DNA of 62,543 nt, the filler included, from Platydemus manokwari (Eukaryota): assembly GCA_037951405.1 (NCBI GenBank). It is 5 parts of 5 records of this genome, joined end to end, with 100 filler letters (N's around TTAATTAATTAA, not from the genome) between each part and the next. Parts side by side here need not be neighbours in the genome. Positions count along the whole stretch, not along the records: positions 9,985 to 23,414 come from JBBMOY011731397.1; 4 more parts are not named here. One strand, given 5' to 3'. Of the stretch, positions 13,932 to 23,174 are shown piece by piece; within the stretch, counting starts at the first letter, position 1; each line of letters opens with the position of its first letter. Both the position numbers and the translations under genes were made by a program. Below the pieces are notes generated by a model. That model was not told the DNA's origin and made no database searches. It was given only the letters and a program-made list of their open reading frames with translations.

Positions 13932-14863
13932 TGAGAACGTGGGTTGTAAAATCTGTTTCTATCATGTTGTCTGGTTCTGCAGTCTCTCTGTATGTGTCCT
14001 CTCCTGTGACACCAGTAGCATTCTATATTCATATTTGGTCTTTGTCTTGTGTTTTGAAAGTTTACTTCGCTGTTCCTATGTCTTCTATCTGTTTGTGTAT
14101 AGTCTGGCTGTGACATTTCTCTTCTTTCACGAATAGGTGTTCTGTAGTTTTCTGGTTCCCTTTCTGTTCCTCTGTCTTGTAGGAATCCTATCTCCATCGG
14201 CTCTTCATAGCGGACGTGTCTTGGGTAAGTTTCTATAGGTTGTCTGTGTTCTAATGGTTGATTGTGTGTGTCTGTTCTATAGCTTTGTTGTTTGTAGTAT
14301 GTCCTTGTTAACTGCTCCTCTTGTTTAGCTAATGTGATAGCCTGTTCTAAAGTCGAAGGTCTCTGTCGGGCGATATTGATTCTCAAGGTGTCGTCCCTGA
14401 TGCCGTTGATGAATGTGACCTTCGTGTACTCGTTCCCAAAGTTGTTTGCTGTGTCGTCTATTCTTTCTAATAGTGTTTGTAATCTGTCTGTGTATTGTAT
14501 GATGGACTCGTTGTGTCGCTGTCTGAAATCCTTTAATTTTATTATAGCATCTTGTGGTGTCTGGTCTACAAGGTATTGCTGTTTTATTTCCTGTTTTATT
14601 TGTTTCCATGTTGTAATTTCTGGTCGTTCTAACAGTCTGGTGAGAAATCTTGCGAAGCGATCTTTCGCTCTCAGTCCCACATATTGTTTAATTTCAATAT
14701 CTGTCAAGAGGTTTGTACGGGCGAACTGTTCAAACTCTATTATAAAGGTGTTGCACTGTGATTGGGGATGGCCGTTGCATTCCTTTACGTACAAGGCTAA
14801 GGTTTGTTGAATTACCAATGTTCTGTTTGTTAATGCGTGTAATTGTGAGTGATCTACTTCCAT
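13922..14863 (-). CDS. gag: Gypsy Gag (capsid + nucleocapsid zinc knuckle), 313 aa
   Basis: Retrotransposon gag-like motifs (TWKQIKQEIKQQY, QRHNESIIQYTDRL, FINGIRD, TLEQAITLA) and CCHC knuckle CYWCHRRGHIQRDC; lies directly upstream of pol. Confidence 0.93.
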   Translation of the reverse strand: MEVDHSQLHALTNRTLVIQQTLALYVKECNGHPQSQCNTFIIEFEQFARTNLLTDIEIKQYVGLRAKDRFARFLTRLLERPEITTWKQIKQEIKQQYLVDQTPQDAIIKLKDFRQRHNESIIQYTDRLQTLLERIDDTANNFGNEYTKVTFINGIRDDTLRINIARQRPSTLEQAITLAKQEEQLTRTYYKQQSYRTDTHNQPLEHRQPIETYPRHVRYEEPMEIGFLQDRGTEREPENYRTPIRERREMSQPDYTQTDRRHRNSEVNFQNTRQRPNMNIECYWCHRRGHIQRDCRTRQHDRNRFYNPRSHLN

Positions 14864-14957
14864 CTTTAAAGGAGAATGTATCGCTATCTATCAGTGTTTC
14901 CTTTTGTTGAATTTGTGTGATGGCCACGTGGTATGTGGTAGTCTCGTCAGGTCGTGA

Positions 14958-14973
14958 CTGGTCGTAGGCACCA
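14958..14973 (-). promoter_or_regulatory. Primer-binding site (TGGTGCC..., probably tRNA-His)
   Basis: TGGTGCCTACGACCAG starts 2 nt after the LTR terminal CA. TGGTGCC is complementary to the GGCACCA 3' end of tRNA-His; the rest of the match is imperfect. Confidence 0.7.
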
Positions 14974-14975
14974 GA

Positions 14976-15736
14976 TGTTAGATTCCCGTGTTGGGTGATC
15001 TACGTGTTGTATGATGTTGATGAATGTAGGCGACGTGTGTTTGATGACCAGACTGAATGGTATGTGTGTTGAGTGTCGTAGCAGGAAGAGAGAGTGTCGG
15101 ATGAATCAGGAGGAGAGAGAGATTGACGTGGTAGGGCGTCGAACACAACTGATGATATGTATATATATATGTAGTCAAGGCATCAAGTATACATCAGAAA
15201 CATTTATTACATAATTATTTATCGCTGACGAACATGTTACAATTATTCAGCACGTGGCTGACGTAGAAGTCTCTCTCTCTCTATATATATAAGCTCTCTT
15301 TCCTCAACACACACAACACACATAAATCTGACATTAATGATACGGCTAACCTGTCTCTAGTGGGAATTATGGCTGGTTGTCGCTGCCCTGTTTGGTCGTC
15401 ATGGATGGAGGCAAAGTTATGAGGTTGACAGGCTATGTGGGAGCCATGAAGTCTAACAACGTGGTCTGGCAAAGAGACAACTAGGAGCACATGCACCAGT
15501 CGAAGAGTTGAAGAGGTCGTACTAAGAGCTTGGGTTCAGCGGGAGAGCAGATCAGCGGGAGAGCAGATCAGCGGGAGAGCAGATCAGCGGGAGAGACAGA
15601 ATTATGGCTTACAGCGCATTATATACTGGCCAATGTCCGTCAGTGCGCATGTCTCGCACGTCATACGTTAGTCGGTACATTGTCGTAATCGTACTGGTCC
15701 ATGGCTTAAAGTCTGTCGTTGTCGTAATGTCCCACA
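14976..15736 (-). repeat. LTR (~761 bp, TGT...ACA) shared by units A and B
   Basis: Starts TGTGGGAC right after a polypurine tract and ends CTAACA before the PBS. Contains a TATA-like (TA)n at ~15282-15292 and AATAAA at 15203-15208 on the minus strand. Confidence 0.8.
15536..15600. repeat. 16-bp tandem repeat (TCAGCGGGAGAGCAGA) x ~4 in the LTR U3 region
   Basis: Three perfect copies and one variant, read directly from the sequence. Confidence 0.92.
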
Positions 15737-15738
15737 TG

Positions 15739-15754
15739 TCTCCCCCCCTTCTTT
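15739..15754 (-). promoter_or_regulatory. Polypurine tract of unit B
   Basis: AAAGAAGGGGGGGAGA on the minus strand, 2 nt before the LTR TG. Confidence 0.8.
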
Positions 15755-16069
15755 ATGAGATTTTTTCACCGGAAAAATCTGAAATCAACTAGACGTCTAA
15801 ATTCTCCCATACCCTTAAGACACTCGTAGTCTAATATACTAACCATACACACACAAAACTCTACTCACATTGAATTACAGAAATTGTCATGTGCATACAT
15901 CAATTGTAATATAAGGTCTAACTATAGTCATATTCTAATACATAAAGTTTACGTGTCTTTCAATAAAACACTACCCTTATCTGCTGCAAGTCAACATGGA
16001 AGAGGAAAAAAACGATTTATGAAAATGGAACAAGCAATTTATCTATTTTATCGATCTCCTAACAATTTA

Positions 16070-16190
16070 TCGATCCATCAACTAATCAATCAATACATCA
16101 GTCAATATGCAATCGACCAATCAATCAGTAAATAATGAATCGACTGACCAATCAATCTGTGTCTATCGACCAATCAGTCGATGAATCAAT
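16070..16190. repeat. Degenerate (AATC/GACC)n tetranucleotide-type repeat
   Basis: Repeated atcaatc/gaccaatc units. Confidence 0.6.
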
Positions 16191-17064
16191 ATATATCTTC
16201 ACGTATAGTGACCCTCGGCAATATTACACTTGGCCATAGTAGAATACCGTCGAGTGCCTCTATCATAAAGCCACACGTGTACTACATCATACTAAATTAT
16301 ATTACATTGCATGACATCCAATTATTTTTCGAACATGGTTCAAATATTTATTACATCTGAAGAAAAAAAATCAAATTAGTAGTCTGACAGTAAACAACGT
16401 CATGTTCTTGACAACAAATTCAATAATAAATCGAGCTCATTGATAGATCTACATAGATCTCCACACAACAAAATGATACAACCAGTAATAACTATGTGTA
16501 CTCGATCTTACGTAGTCACAATATGAACGAGGAATAAGACTAGTAACCATGAGACTAAGTCATAAGATGCATCTGAATAAGTTATATACAGGAATGAACT
16601 TAAGTCATCTGGCTTATAGAAAATATACCATGAGAATAGGATTTAAAAAAAAAACAATTAAGGGAAGCAAGCCTGATCAAGAAAGAGACGAGTTCTTTCC
16701 ATACTGATAAAAACAAGCTCTAGTAAATTATTTACCTTACTGAGACATTCTTGTCTATCTAAATTCATTTAGTTCATGGCATAACTATTATATTAAAAGT
16801 TACATTCTTACATAAGATAACATGGTGTGTATAGCGTGATGTTTACATAGGAGAAAAAAATATTTGAAACGAATTGCAATGTTAACAATCGTCAAAGAAA
16901 AAAATTATCTATAACATTAGTATAATCAATAGCTTACAATATTCTTAAATTAAATACATCGCGAGTTCTCCGATATGGTGGTAGTGACCATATGTTGCCA
17001 CTATCAATGGTGTCTATATGATGTCACCATTTTGTTTGATGCGTACATGTTTACTTGTGTTGAC

Positions 17065-17130
17065 CTGGCACCCATTCGAGACTGATCTGGTACCCATTTG
17101 AGGTTGGACTGGTACCCATTTGAGGTTGGA
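17065..17130. repeat. 22-bp tandem repeat x3 (CTGGTACCCATTTGAGGTTGGA)
   Basis: Units at 17065-17086 (diverged), 17087-17108 and 17109-17130 (identical); a near-identical copy lies at 18149-18170. Confidence 0.9.
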
Positions 17131-17995
17131 TTGACTTGAGTCTAGGTCTACTCTTTAGTACGTCTTAAGTAATCTTCCATCACACTTCACAGTCATCCCG
17201 TTGCACTTCGTCCATGGGCATTGGATATATATAATGCAAACAAACGAAAATAGAATTAGTTCCAAGAGAAACAAATTTTGAATACAATACTTATAAAATT
17301 TTCAATACAATCCTGAAAAAGAAAAACAAGCTGTTACATAATTTCCCTTTAGCATTTTGTAAGTTTAAACAAATAGTGATTTGTCATCCAAAGTTGTTTC
17401 AATAGGCATAACTGTTTAGAAGGTTTAAGGGAGTTGTCCCAATGGTATAGTCAGTTTCCATGTAATACAGCTGAAAGTTTAATCTCTGGATTAGCGTAGG
17501 TTGGAAAACACATCTGTCCGTGGTAACTAATATTTTCAGTGCTGAGTCAATCAGAAGCTAACCTGTTTCTTTTTATAACCATGATAATAATTACCAATAA
17601 TATATTTTTAATACTGTGGAGAGAAATTCTGTTATTATTTTTGCTGCTGTGGAAATATGTTAAGGTTATATACTTTCTTGTAATCATCGGCACATCTTGT
17701 GGAATTGTAGAACATAATATTTATGTAAACCTGTAGAGCATTTATGACATTCTTACTTATTAATATAAACGTTAATATACAAAATTCAAATACCAGAATA
17801 GAAGGGACGTAACTATTTTCACTTCTGAGGATTTTGTTTCTGGTACTGTGTACTGGTCCTTATTTTTGAAATCTCACATAACAGGGGCGGCATTTCGGCA
17901 AAGCATGTGGAGAAAACATATATATAAAACCGTTAATTTATTGCAACTAAATCTTAATTACAACATTGTAACATAATAACATTCGAGTTACGGAA

Positions 17996-18280
17996 ATAAA
18001 TGACCCTTTGTCGAGTGTCTCGAGCCTAACTTGTCACGTCGTTGGGGCGTATAAGGAATATGGTGTTAGGGCTATAAGTTGACCAACGGCCAGAACTTAG
18101 GTGATGTGGTCAGCATCACACAAGCCGCACTTACTTTCCCAGATTGCTCTGGTACCCATTTGGAGGTTGGGTCATCACGGGCTTGATTAGGTTAGAAAAA
18201 TATTTTGCTCCGATGAGGGAACGAACCCCTGACCTCGGCCTTGGCAGGCGAGTGCTTTAACCACCGCTCCACGTAGCCCC
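17996..18280 (-). mobile_element. tRNA-Gly(GCC)-derived SINE-like element inside the retrotransposon 3' region
   Basis: The minus-strand head has an A-box (TGGAGCGGTGG), a Gly-like anticodon arm (CTCGCCTGCCAAGGCCGAGG) and a B-box-like GGTTCGTTCC. It is followed by AAATGGGTACCAG...GGGAAAGTAA..GCGG...GATGCTGACCACATCACC, which resembles invertebrate SINE central domains, and an ATTT tail. The 3' boundary is approximate. Confidence 0.65.
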
Positions 18281-18370
18281 AATGTTATACTTGTAAACAC
18301 TAATATCTGTTTCGCGTTACATAACATGAAATATCACTATTTTTCCTGTGGAGAGAAGAGTAAATTAAGG

Positions 18371-18652
18371 TCAAAAGTTCAATCTGTCTGTGTTAAAGTT
18401 GATCGTTCTCGTGGGCGACCTGGTGTGATAGGGCTGCATGCTTTGAACGTAGTGGTCAAGAGTATTTGTTGTGTCTGTGTTCTCGTCTGTGTCCGATAGT
18501 TGACCCTTGTCTGACTTGTGGTCACTGCTTTTGTTGTCTGTTTCTTTAGGCGAGATCTTTTGTTGATGTGTCTGTTCTTCGAAATTGTCTTGTTCAGTAA
18601 GACTAATCTGTTTGTTTATAGCAAAGTCTGTTTTTGTCTGTACTGCTAACAT
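18371..18652 (-). pseudogene. Probable detached continuation of the low-complexity Pol tail
   Basis: Same T/D/Q/S-rich composition and strand as the integrase tail; begins ~55 nt after its stop. Confidence 0.35.
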
Positions 18653-18706
18653 TGTTTTTCTGTTGTGTTCTCTCGTTTATTTAGTGCGTAGCATTTAGTT
18701 GTAGCG

Positions 18707-20572
18707 TTATAAGTTGAAATATTTCCTATATTGGAGTTCAGGCCACCAAATGTTATTTTGGCTAGTGTTTTCTGACTGATCTAATGTCTGTGTCCCTTGT
18801 GATATTTTCTCTGGTTTTCTATTTGAAACTTTTCTATTTCTTATCTTACACATTCCTAAATGGTGTCTTTTTTTCTGTTGTTTTTCAGCAGTTGATGAAT
18901 CTGTTGACTTCCTCTTTTTCTTCTGCCTTTTAAGTCCCCGTGCGTTTTTGTGGTCTGCCTTTTTCCATCTCACCCATTGTATTTGGCTGTTTAGAGTGTT
19001 TTCTCTCTTGTTTTTCGGTGCATCTCGTAATGGGTCACTACTTGTCTCTGTTGTTACAGTTTCGCTCACAGAGTTGTATGCCGTATGGTCGGTGTCTATC
19101 GTTGCTTCATTCGATTTGTCTGATGTGTGTGACATACTTTCTGTTTGTTGTAGGCGTGTTTCGTTCGACGTGTTACCGATGTCTGTGTAACTTTTACTGT
19201 CTTTTTGTGATTGTGGTGTCGTTTGGTTGTTCGAGCTGTGACCTCGTTCTTCGTGTGGTGGGTTGGGTAACGTTTCTTTGCTTGTTTCTGACTCAGACTG
19301 TGTAATATTTATCTCGCAATTCGAGGTCTGGGCTGACCGTGTTTCTGATTGGGTTGAGTTTGATTGGCATTCTTCATCTTGCGAGTCATCTGTGCTGTCG
19401 TGTGTGCTGCTATCAGTAGGCGAAGAAGATGTGTTTGTTGTGCTGTGTACTTGTCTGGGATAAGCAAGTGTAGCATTTCTTGGAGGACGGCGGTGTTGCT
19501 CTTCTTCTGTTGACCATTTTGTATCATCCACTCGGATATTCTGAATCGTGGTTTTGATTAGGTGAGTACCCTTGTAATGTTTTATGTGATATGTGGTCTT
19601 CCCGCTTCTTTTTATTACTGTATAGCCAGACTGCCATTTGGGTTGAAACTTAGAGCTTCTTGTGTGGTTTTTGTACATCACGTAGCTCCCTATCTTGATT
19701 TCTGGGATTCCTTTTTGTTGAATATCTGTCTTTCTTTTCTTCTCTTCTTCTTTCAGCCTGTGTGCATATTCTCGTTGTGCTATGTGCAGGTTCTGTAGTG
19801 TCATCTCGATAGGGTTGTCTTCTGTATAGAACTGCCTATATTGCATGAGGTTGTCTATTGGTAGTATTGGTTCCCTACCAAAAAGCATGAAGTATGGGGA
19901 GAACCCTGTAGTCGTACTGACATTGGTGCGGATGGCTAAAAGTGTCGGACCCAAGTATCTGTCCCACTCTTCTTCTGATCCTGTCCTCATTAATTTAGCC
20001 ATAATGTCTATCACTAGCTTATGGACTCTTTCATTCTTTCCGTTGGACTGTGGTCTATAAAAAGAGGTTGTCCTATGCTGTTTGTTCATCTTCTTTAATG
20101 CTATTTGGAAGAAATCCCCCATAAATTCTTTGGCATTATCTGATAGAATGACTCTAGGACAGCTATACCTTGCAATATAGTCATTGATTATAACATCAAC
20201 GATTCCTTGTGCTGACTTGTTTTGCAATGGATATAACTCTAGCCATCTTGTGTAATTGTCTAGGACATGTAATAGATATTTATTACCAGAGTTTGACATG
20301 GTGTATGGGCCAGACAGATCGATACAGACAAGATCAAAAGGGTAAGTTTGCCTGTCCATCACCATAAGTGGACACTTTAAGGAGACTAAATTTCTTTCTT
20401 TGCAGCTCCTGCACGTTTCGACTATATTGCATATGTCTTTAAACATGCTTTTCCACACATATTTCTTTTTCATCGATGCATTCATTTTGTTCTTTCCCAG
20501 GTGACCATTTTCATTGTGATATTGTAGTACAGTAAAGTCTCGATTATCCGGAATGCTCGGGGAAGAACCCAT
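18707..20572 (-). CDS. Gypsy integrase ORF of unit B (HHCC + DDE + C-terminal domain + long S/T/Q-rich, basic tail); first ~14 codons come from the Tigger end
   Basis: HNENGH..CRSC, CIDLSGPY, SDNAKEF, NGKNERVH. The ATG at 20572 lies inside the Tigger terminus (20530-23174). Confidence 0.85.
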   Translation of the reverse strand: MGSSPSIPDNRDFTVLQYHNENGHLGKNKMNASMKKKYVWKSMFKDICNIVETCRSCKERNLVSLKCPLMVMDRQTYPFDLVCIDLSGPYTMSNSGNKYLLHVLDNYTRWLELYPLQNKSAQGIVDVIINDYIARYSCPRVILSDNAKEFMGDFFQIALKKMNKQHRTTSFYRPQSNGKNERVHKLVIDIMAKLMRTGSEEEWDRYLGPTLLAIRTNVSTTTGFSPYFMLFGREPILPIDNLMQYRQFYTEDNPIEMTLQNLHIAQREYAHRLKEEEKKRKTDIQQKGIPEIKIGSYVMYKNHTRSSKFQPKWQSGYTVIKRSGKTTYHIKHYKGTHLIKTTIQNIRVDDTKWSTEEEQHRRPPRNATLAYPRQVHSTTNTSSSPTDSSTHDSTDDSQDEECQSNSTQSETRSAQTSNCEINITQSESETSKETLPNPPHEERGHSSNNQTTPQSQKDSKSYTDIGNTSNETRLQQTESMSHTSDKSNEATIDTDHTAYNSVSETVTTETSSDPLRDAPKNKRENTLNSQIQWVRWKKADHKNARGLKRQKKKRKSTDSSTAEKQQKKRHHLGMCKIRNRKVSNRKPEKISQGTQTLDQSENTSQNNIWWPELQYRKYFNL

Positions 20573-23174
20573 TCTGGATAATTGAATTTTTCTGGATAAT
20601 CGAGAGTAAGAAAACCAAACTCAAAATTTATGAAAAAACAACTTCAAAACACTAAATCTAAGGACATTATAAATCAAATTTATAAAAATACTTGTACTGA
20701 CCAGTAAGTTAAACTTTATTGAAAAAGCTGCGTATGTCCCTCTGTTTGATGCATGCTTCTCTCTTGGTCCTGAAGGTATTCTCTACAATACGCAGCTGGA
20801 TGAGTTCTTGGGTTGTATATGAACTACAATTTTCTGCAAATCGTAACACAGTCTGTAGACATTTATCTGCTTCACTCCAGGAAATTTTACTGCGCGGATC
20901 CGTTCCTATTGCACCTTGGTCTTCCTCTGAATCATCTTCAGTTGGTTCACACTTTGATTCCAATACACTATTTATTATGTCTGCATCATCAAGTGTGTGG
21001 GCAACATCTATATTCTCATCAACCTGCACCCACTGTTCAATGTCTTGCTCATCACAGGCTGACATTGAGTTTGACGATGGTACATTTACAAGAAGTTGCA
21101 TTATCTCTGCATGTGGTGCTGCCATCTGTTTAAATTCATCAAAACTGTCGTCATCAGAAGAATCATCCAAAAGCATTACATTGGGCCATAATTTTCTCCA
21201 TGCTTTCTTTAATGTGGATTGTTGCACTTGTTTCCAGGCAAATGCAATGTTGTCAATTGCATTCCTAATTGTATAGTCTGAAAGGAACTCTTCAACTGTA
21301 GCTTTGTTGACGAGCGTTTTCATTAGTGCACCTCTATAATGACATTTTATGTTTTGAATAATCCCTTGATCCATTGGCTGAATCAATGACGTGACATTTG
21401 GAGGAAGAAGAATAGCGAAAATTCGGCCACATTTTGACACTAAGTCATCTACACAAGGGTGTGCTCTACAATTATCCAGCAACAGTACAGCCTTGGGGTT
21501 GACGAGATTTGGTAATGAGGAGAGGTGATTTTTAACAGATGGCACAAAGTGGTGATGAAACCAATCTGCAAAAATGTCTCTGTCCATCCACGAATTCTTC
21601 TGTGCTCTATAGTCTACAGGCAGATTAGTTACGCCTTTCAAAGCTCTGGGACGCATCGATTTGCCTATCACCACTAGTTGAAGCTTGTGAGTACCAGCAG
21701 CATTTGCACAAGGCAATACAGTTAAGCGATCTTTATTATGCTTAAATCCTGAGGGGTTTGACTCATTTTTTCCTGCAAGAGTTGATCCAGGCAAACATCT
21801 CCATAACAGACCTGTTTCATCAGCATTATAAATCTGGTCTGGTTTTAAATTGTTTACTTTGACAATGGCTGCAAATTTTTCAACGAATTCGTCTGCTGCC
21901 TCTTCATTTGCCGAACGTTTTTCTCCCGCAATATCAAGCTTCCTGATACCGTGCCGAATTTTAAAGCGCGTTAACCAACCTATTGAAAAATTGCAATGCT
22001 CAGAAATATTTAAATTCGTGTGAAATTCGCGAGCTTTCTCTATCAACATGGGTCCTGATATTGGCATTCCTTTTCTTCTTCTTTCTAAAAACCACACATA
22101 AAGGACGTCGTCGAGTTTTTCAAATTTTGGCCGTTTCATACTTCGTCTCTGGTGTATATTGTTGCTGCTTTCAGACTCCGACGCAAACTTAAACAACTCA
22201 TCTTTTTGATTTCGTATGTCATATAATGTTGAAGAGGCTATGCCAAATTCAGTCATCAAAACGTTGCGATTAACGCCTTTTTCAAGTCTACTAGCGATTT
22301 CAATCTTCTGGTTCAGTGTCAATACAGTTCGCTTGCGTTTACCTTTGCGGGAAATTGAGGTGTGGTTTGCACTCGCAGAGGCCATTATTTAACACAAAAA
22401 TGTATTCCGTTAAAAAGTATGCACACATGCGTTTATAGCATATCATGTATAATTTATACTGATGGAACGAATTTCAGCTTGCACAAATGTCTGAGACAAA
22501 CTAACGTCAAACTCTGTATCTTACTCTTTTTGAATTTCCAGTCGGTAATTTTTGAACCCCTCCCCCTTTCTTCTCACCATCTCTATGTCACTGCACGCCG
22601 GCTGCTCAACCTTTGATTTATAATCATCAAAGTTATGGGCTCTTCAATTTTCACAAACATACGTCTGCTTCTAATGTTCGGTCAGACTGTCAGACGCCAT
22701 ATTTTTGACAAATTCATGACCAACTTTAGATCTAAAGCAGGCTATGAGAAAATTAAGCAAATTTGTAAAATCATGTAGATAAGTGTTTTTGGCACGACTA
22801 AGATTTCCCGACAAAAACATTTAGTCGGGGGAAAAAGTGAAGATATAGACTGTCTGTCGCTTTTACTTGGAATATTTGGAGACACAATGTCTGGATTGAA
22901 TAAAATATGTTCGCTCCTATTTGAAGTACAGTATATTACTGTAAATACACTATTGTAAACGCAATATTGTGTAATGATAGAGCCTGTAGAAGTAAGCGCA
23001 CAAACCGTGTTGTAGCGTTTTCGATTTCCGGATAAAGGCATTTAATTTAACTGAACAAAACATGATTCAAGCTTTCTCCCTATAATAATTAAACTAAGGG
23101 TATTTCATTTAAAAAAAAGTCCGTTAAATTGAGAATTCCGGATTACTGAGTCCCGCATAATCGAGACTTTACTG
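20530..23174 (-). mobile_element. Full-length Tigger/pogo (Tc1-mariner) DNA transposon, 2645 bp
   Basis: TIR CAGTAAAGTCTCGATTATCCGGA against the right end (21/23 match, outer 18 perfect), TA duplication at 20528-20529 and 23175-23176, and subterminal GGATAATCGAG-like repeats. Confidence 0.95.
20709..22385 (-). CDS. Tigger/pogo (Jerky/TIGD-like) transposase, 558 aa, intact
   Basis: CENP-B-type HTH (KRKRTVLTLNQKIEI), Tc5 HTH (GWLTRFKIRHGI), catalytic YNADETG / LLLDNC / QPMDQG (DD34D), and C-terminal PIP-box-like QRDIRSFF. Confidence 0.95.
   Translation of the reverse strand: MASASANHTSISRKGKRKRTVLTLNQKIEIASRLEKGVNRNVLMTEFGIASSTLYDIRNQKDELFKFASESESSNNIHQRRSMKRPKFEKLDDVLYVWFLERRRKGMPISGPMLIEKAREFHTNLNISEHCNFSIGWLTRFKIRHGIRKLDIAGEKRSANEEAADEFVEKFAAIVKVNNLKPDQIYNADETGLLWRCLPGSTLAGKNESNPSGFKHNKDRLTVLPCANAAGTHKLQLVVIGKSMRPRALKGVTNLPVDYRAQKNSWMDRDIFADWFHHHFVPSVKNHLSSLPNLVNPKAVLLLDNCRAHPCVDDLVSKCGRIFAILLPPNVTSLIQPMDQGIIQNIKCHYRGALMKTLVNKATVEEFLSDYTIRNAIDNIAFAWKQVQQSTLKKAWRKLWPNVMLLDDSSDDDSFDEFKQMAAPHAEIMQLLVNVPSSNSMSACDEQDIEQWVQVDENIDVAHTLDDADIINSVLESKCEPTEDDSEEDQGAIGTDPRSKISWSEADKCLQTVLRFAENCSSYTTQELIQLRIVENTFRTKREACIKQRDIRSFFNKV

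Larger units (their letters stand above)
9985..15736 (-). mobile_element. Ty3/Gypsy LTR retrotransposon unit A (LTR-PBS-gag-pol), 3' end cut by the gap
   Basis: LTR and PBS, gag with a CCHC knuckle, and pol in Gypsy order PR-RT-RH-IN with uninterrupted reading frames. Confidence 0.95.

Noticed and set aside
15536-17130. CRISPR-like interpretation of the 16-bp and 22-bp repeats
   Set aside because: Units are contiguous with no unique spacers, there are no cas genes, and the context is eukaryotic.
18206-18280. Functional tRNA-Gly gene
   Set aside because: Acceptor, anticodon and T stems are imperfect and a SINE-like body follows; treated as tRNA-derived.
15755-18370. env-like third ORF
   Set aside because: No long minus-strand ORF, signal peptide or TM anchor is visible.
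20719-21276. 185-aa antisense ORF in the transposase, and similar + strand ORFs over gag, pol and PK exons
   Set aside because: Shadow ORFs of codon-biased sense genes with no motifs.
20709-22385. Domesticated TIGD/JRKL host gene
   Set aside because: Flanked by TIRs and a TA duplication and nested in a retrotransposon, so it is a transposon.
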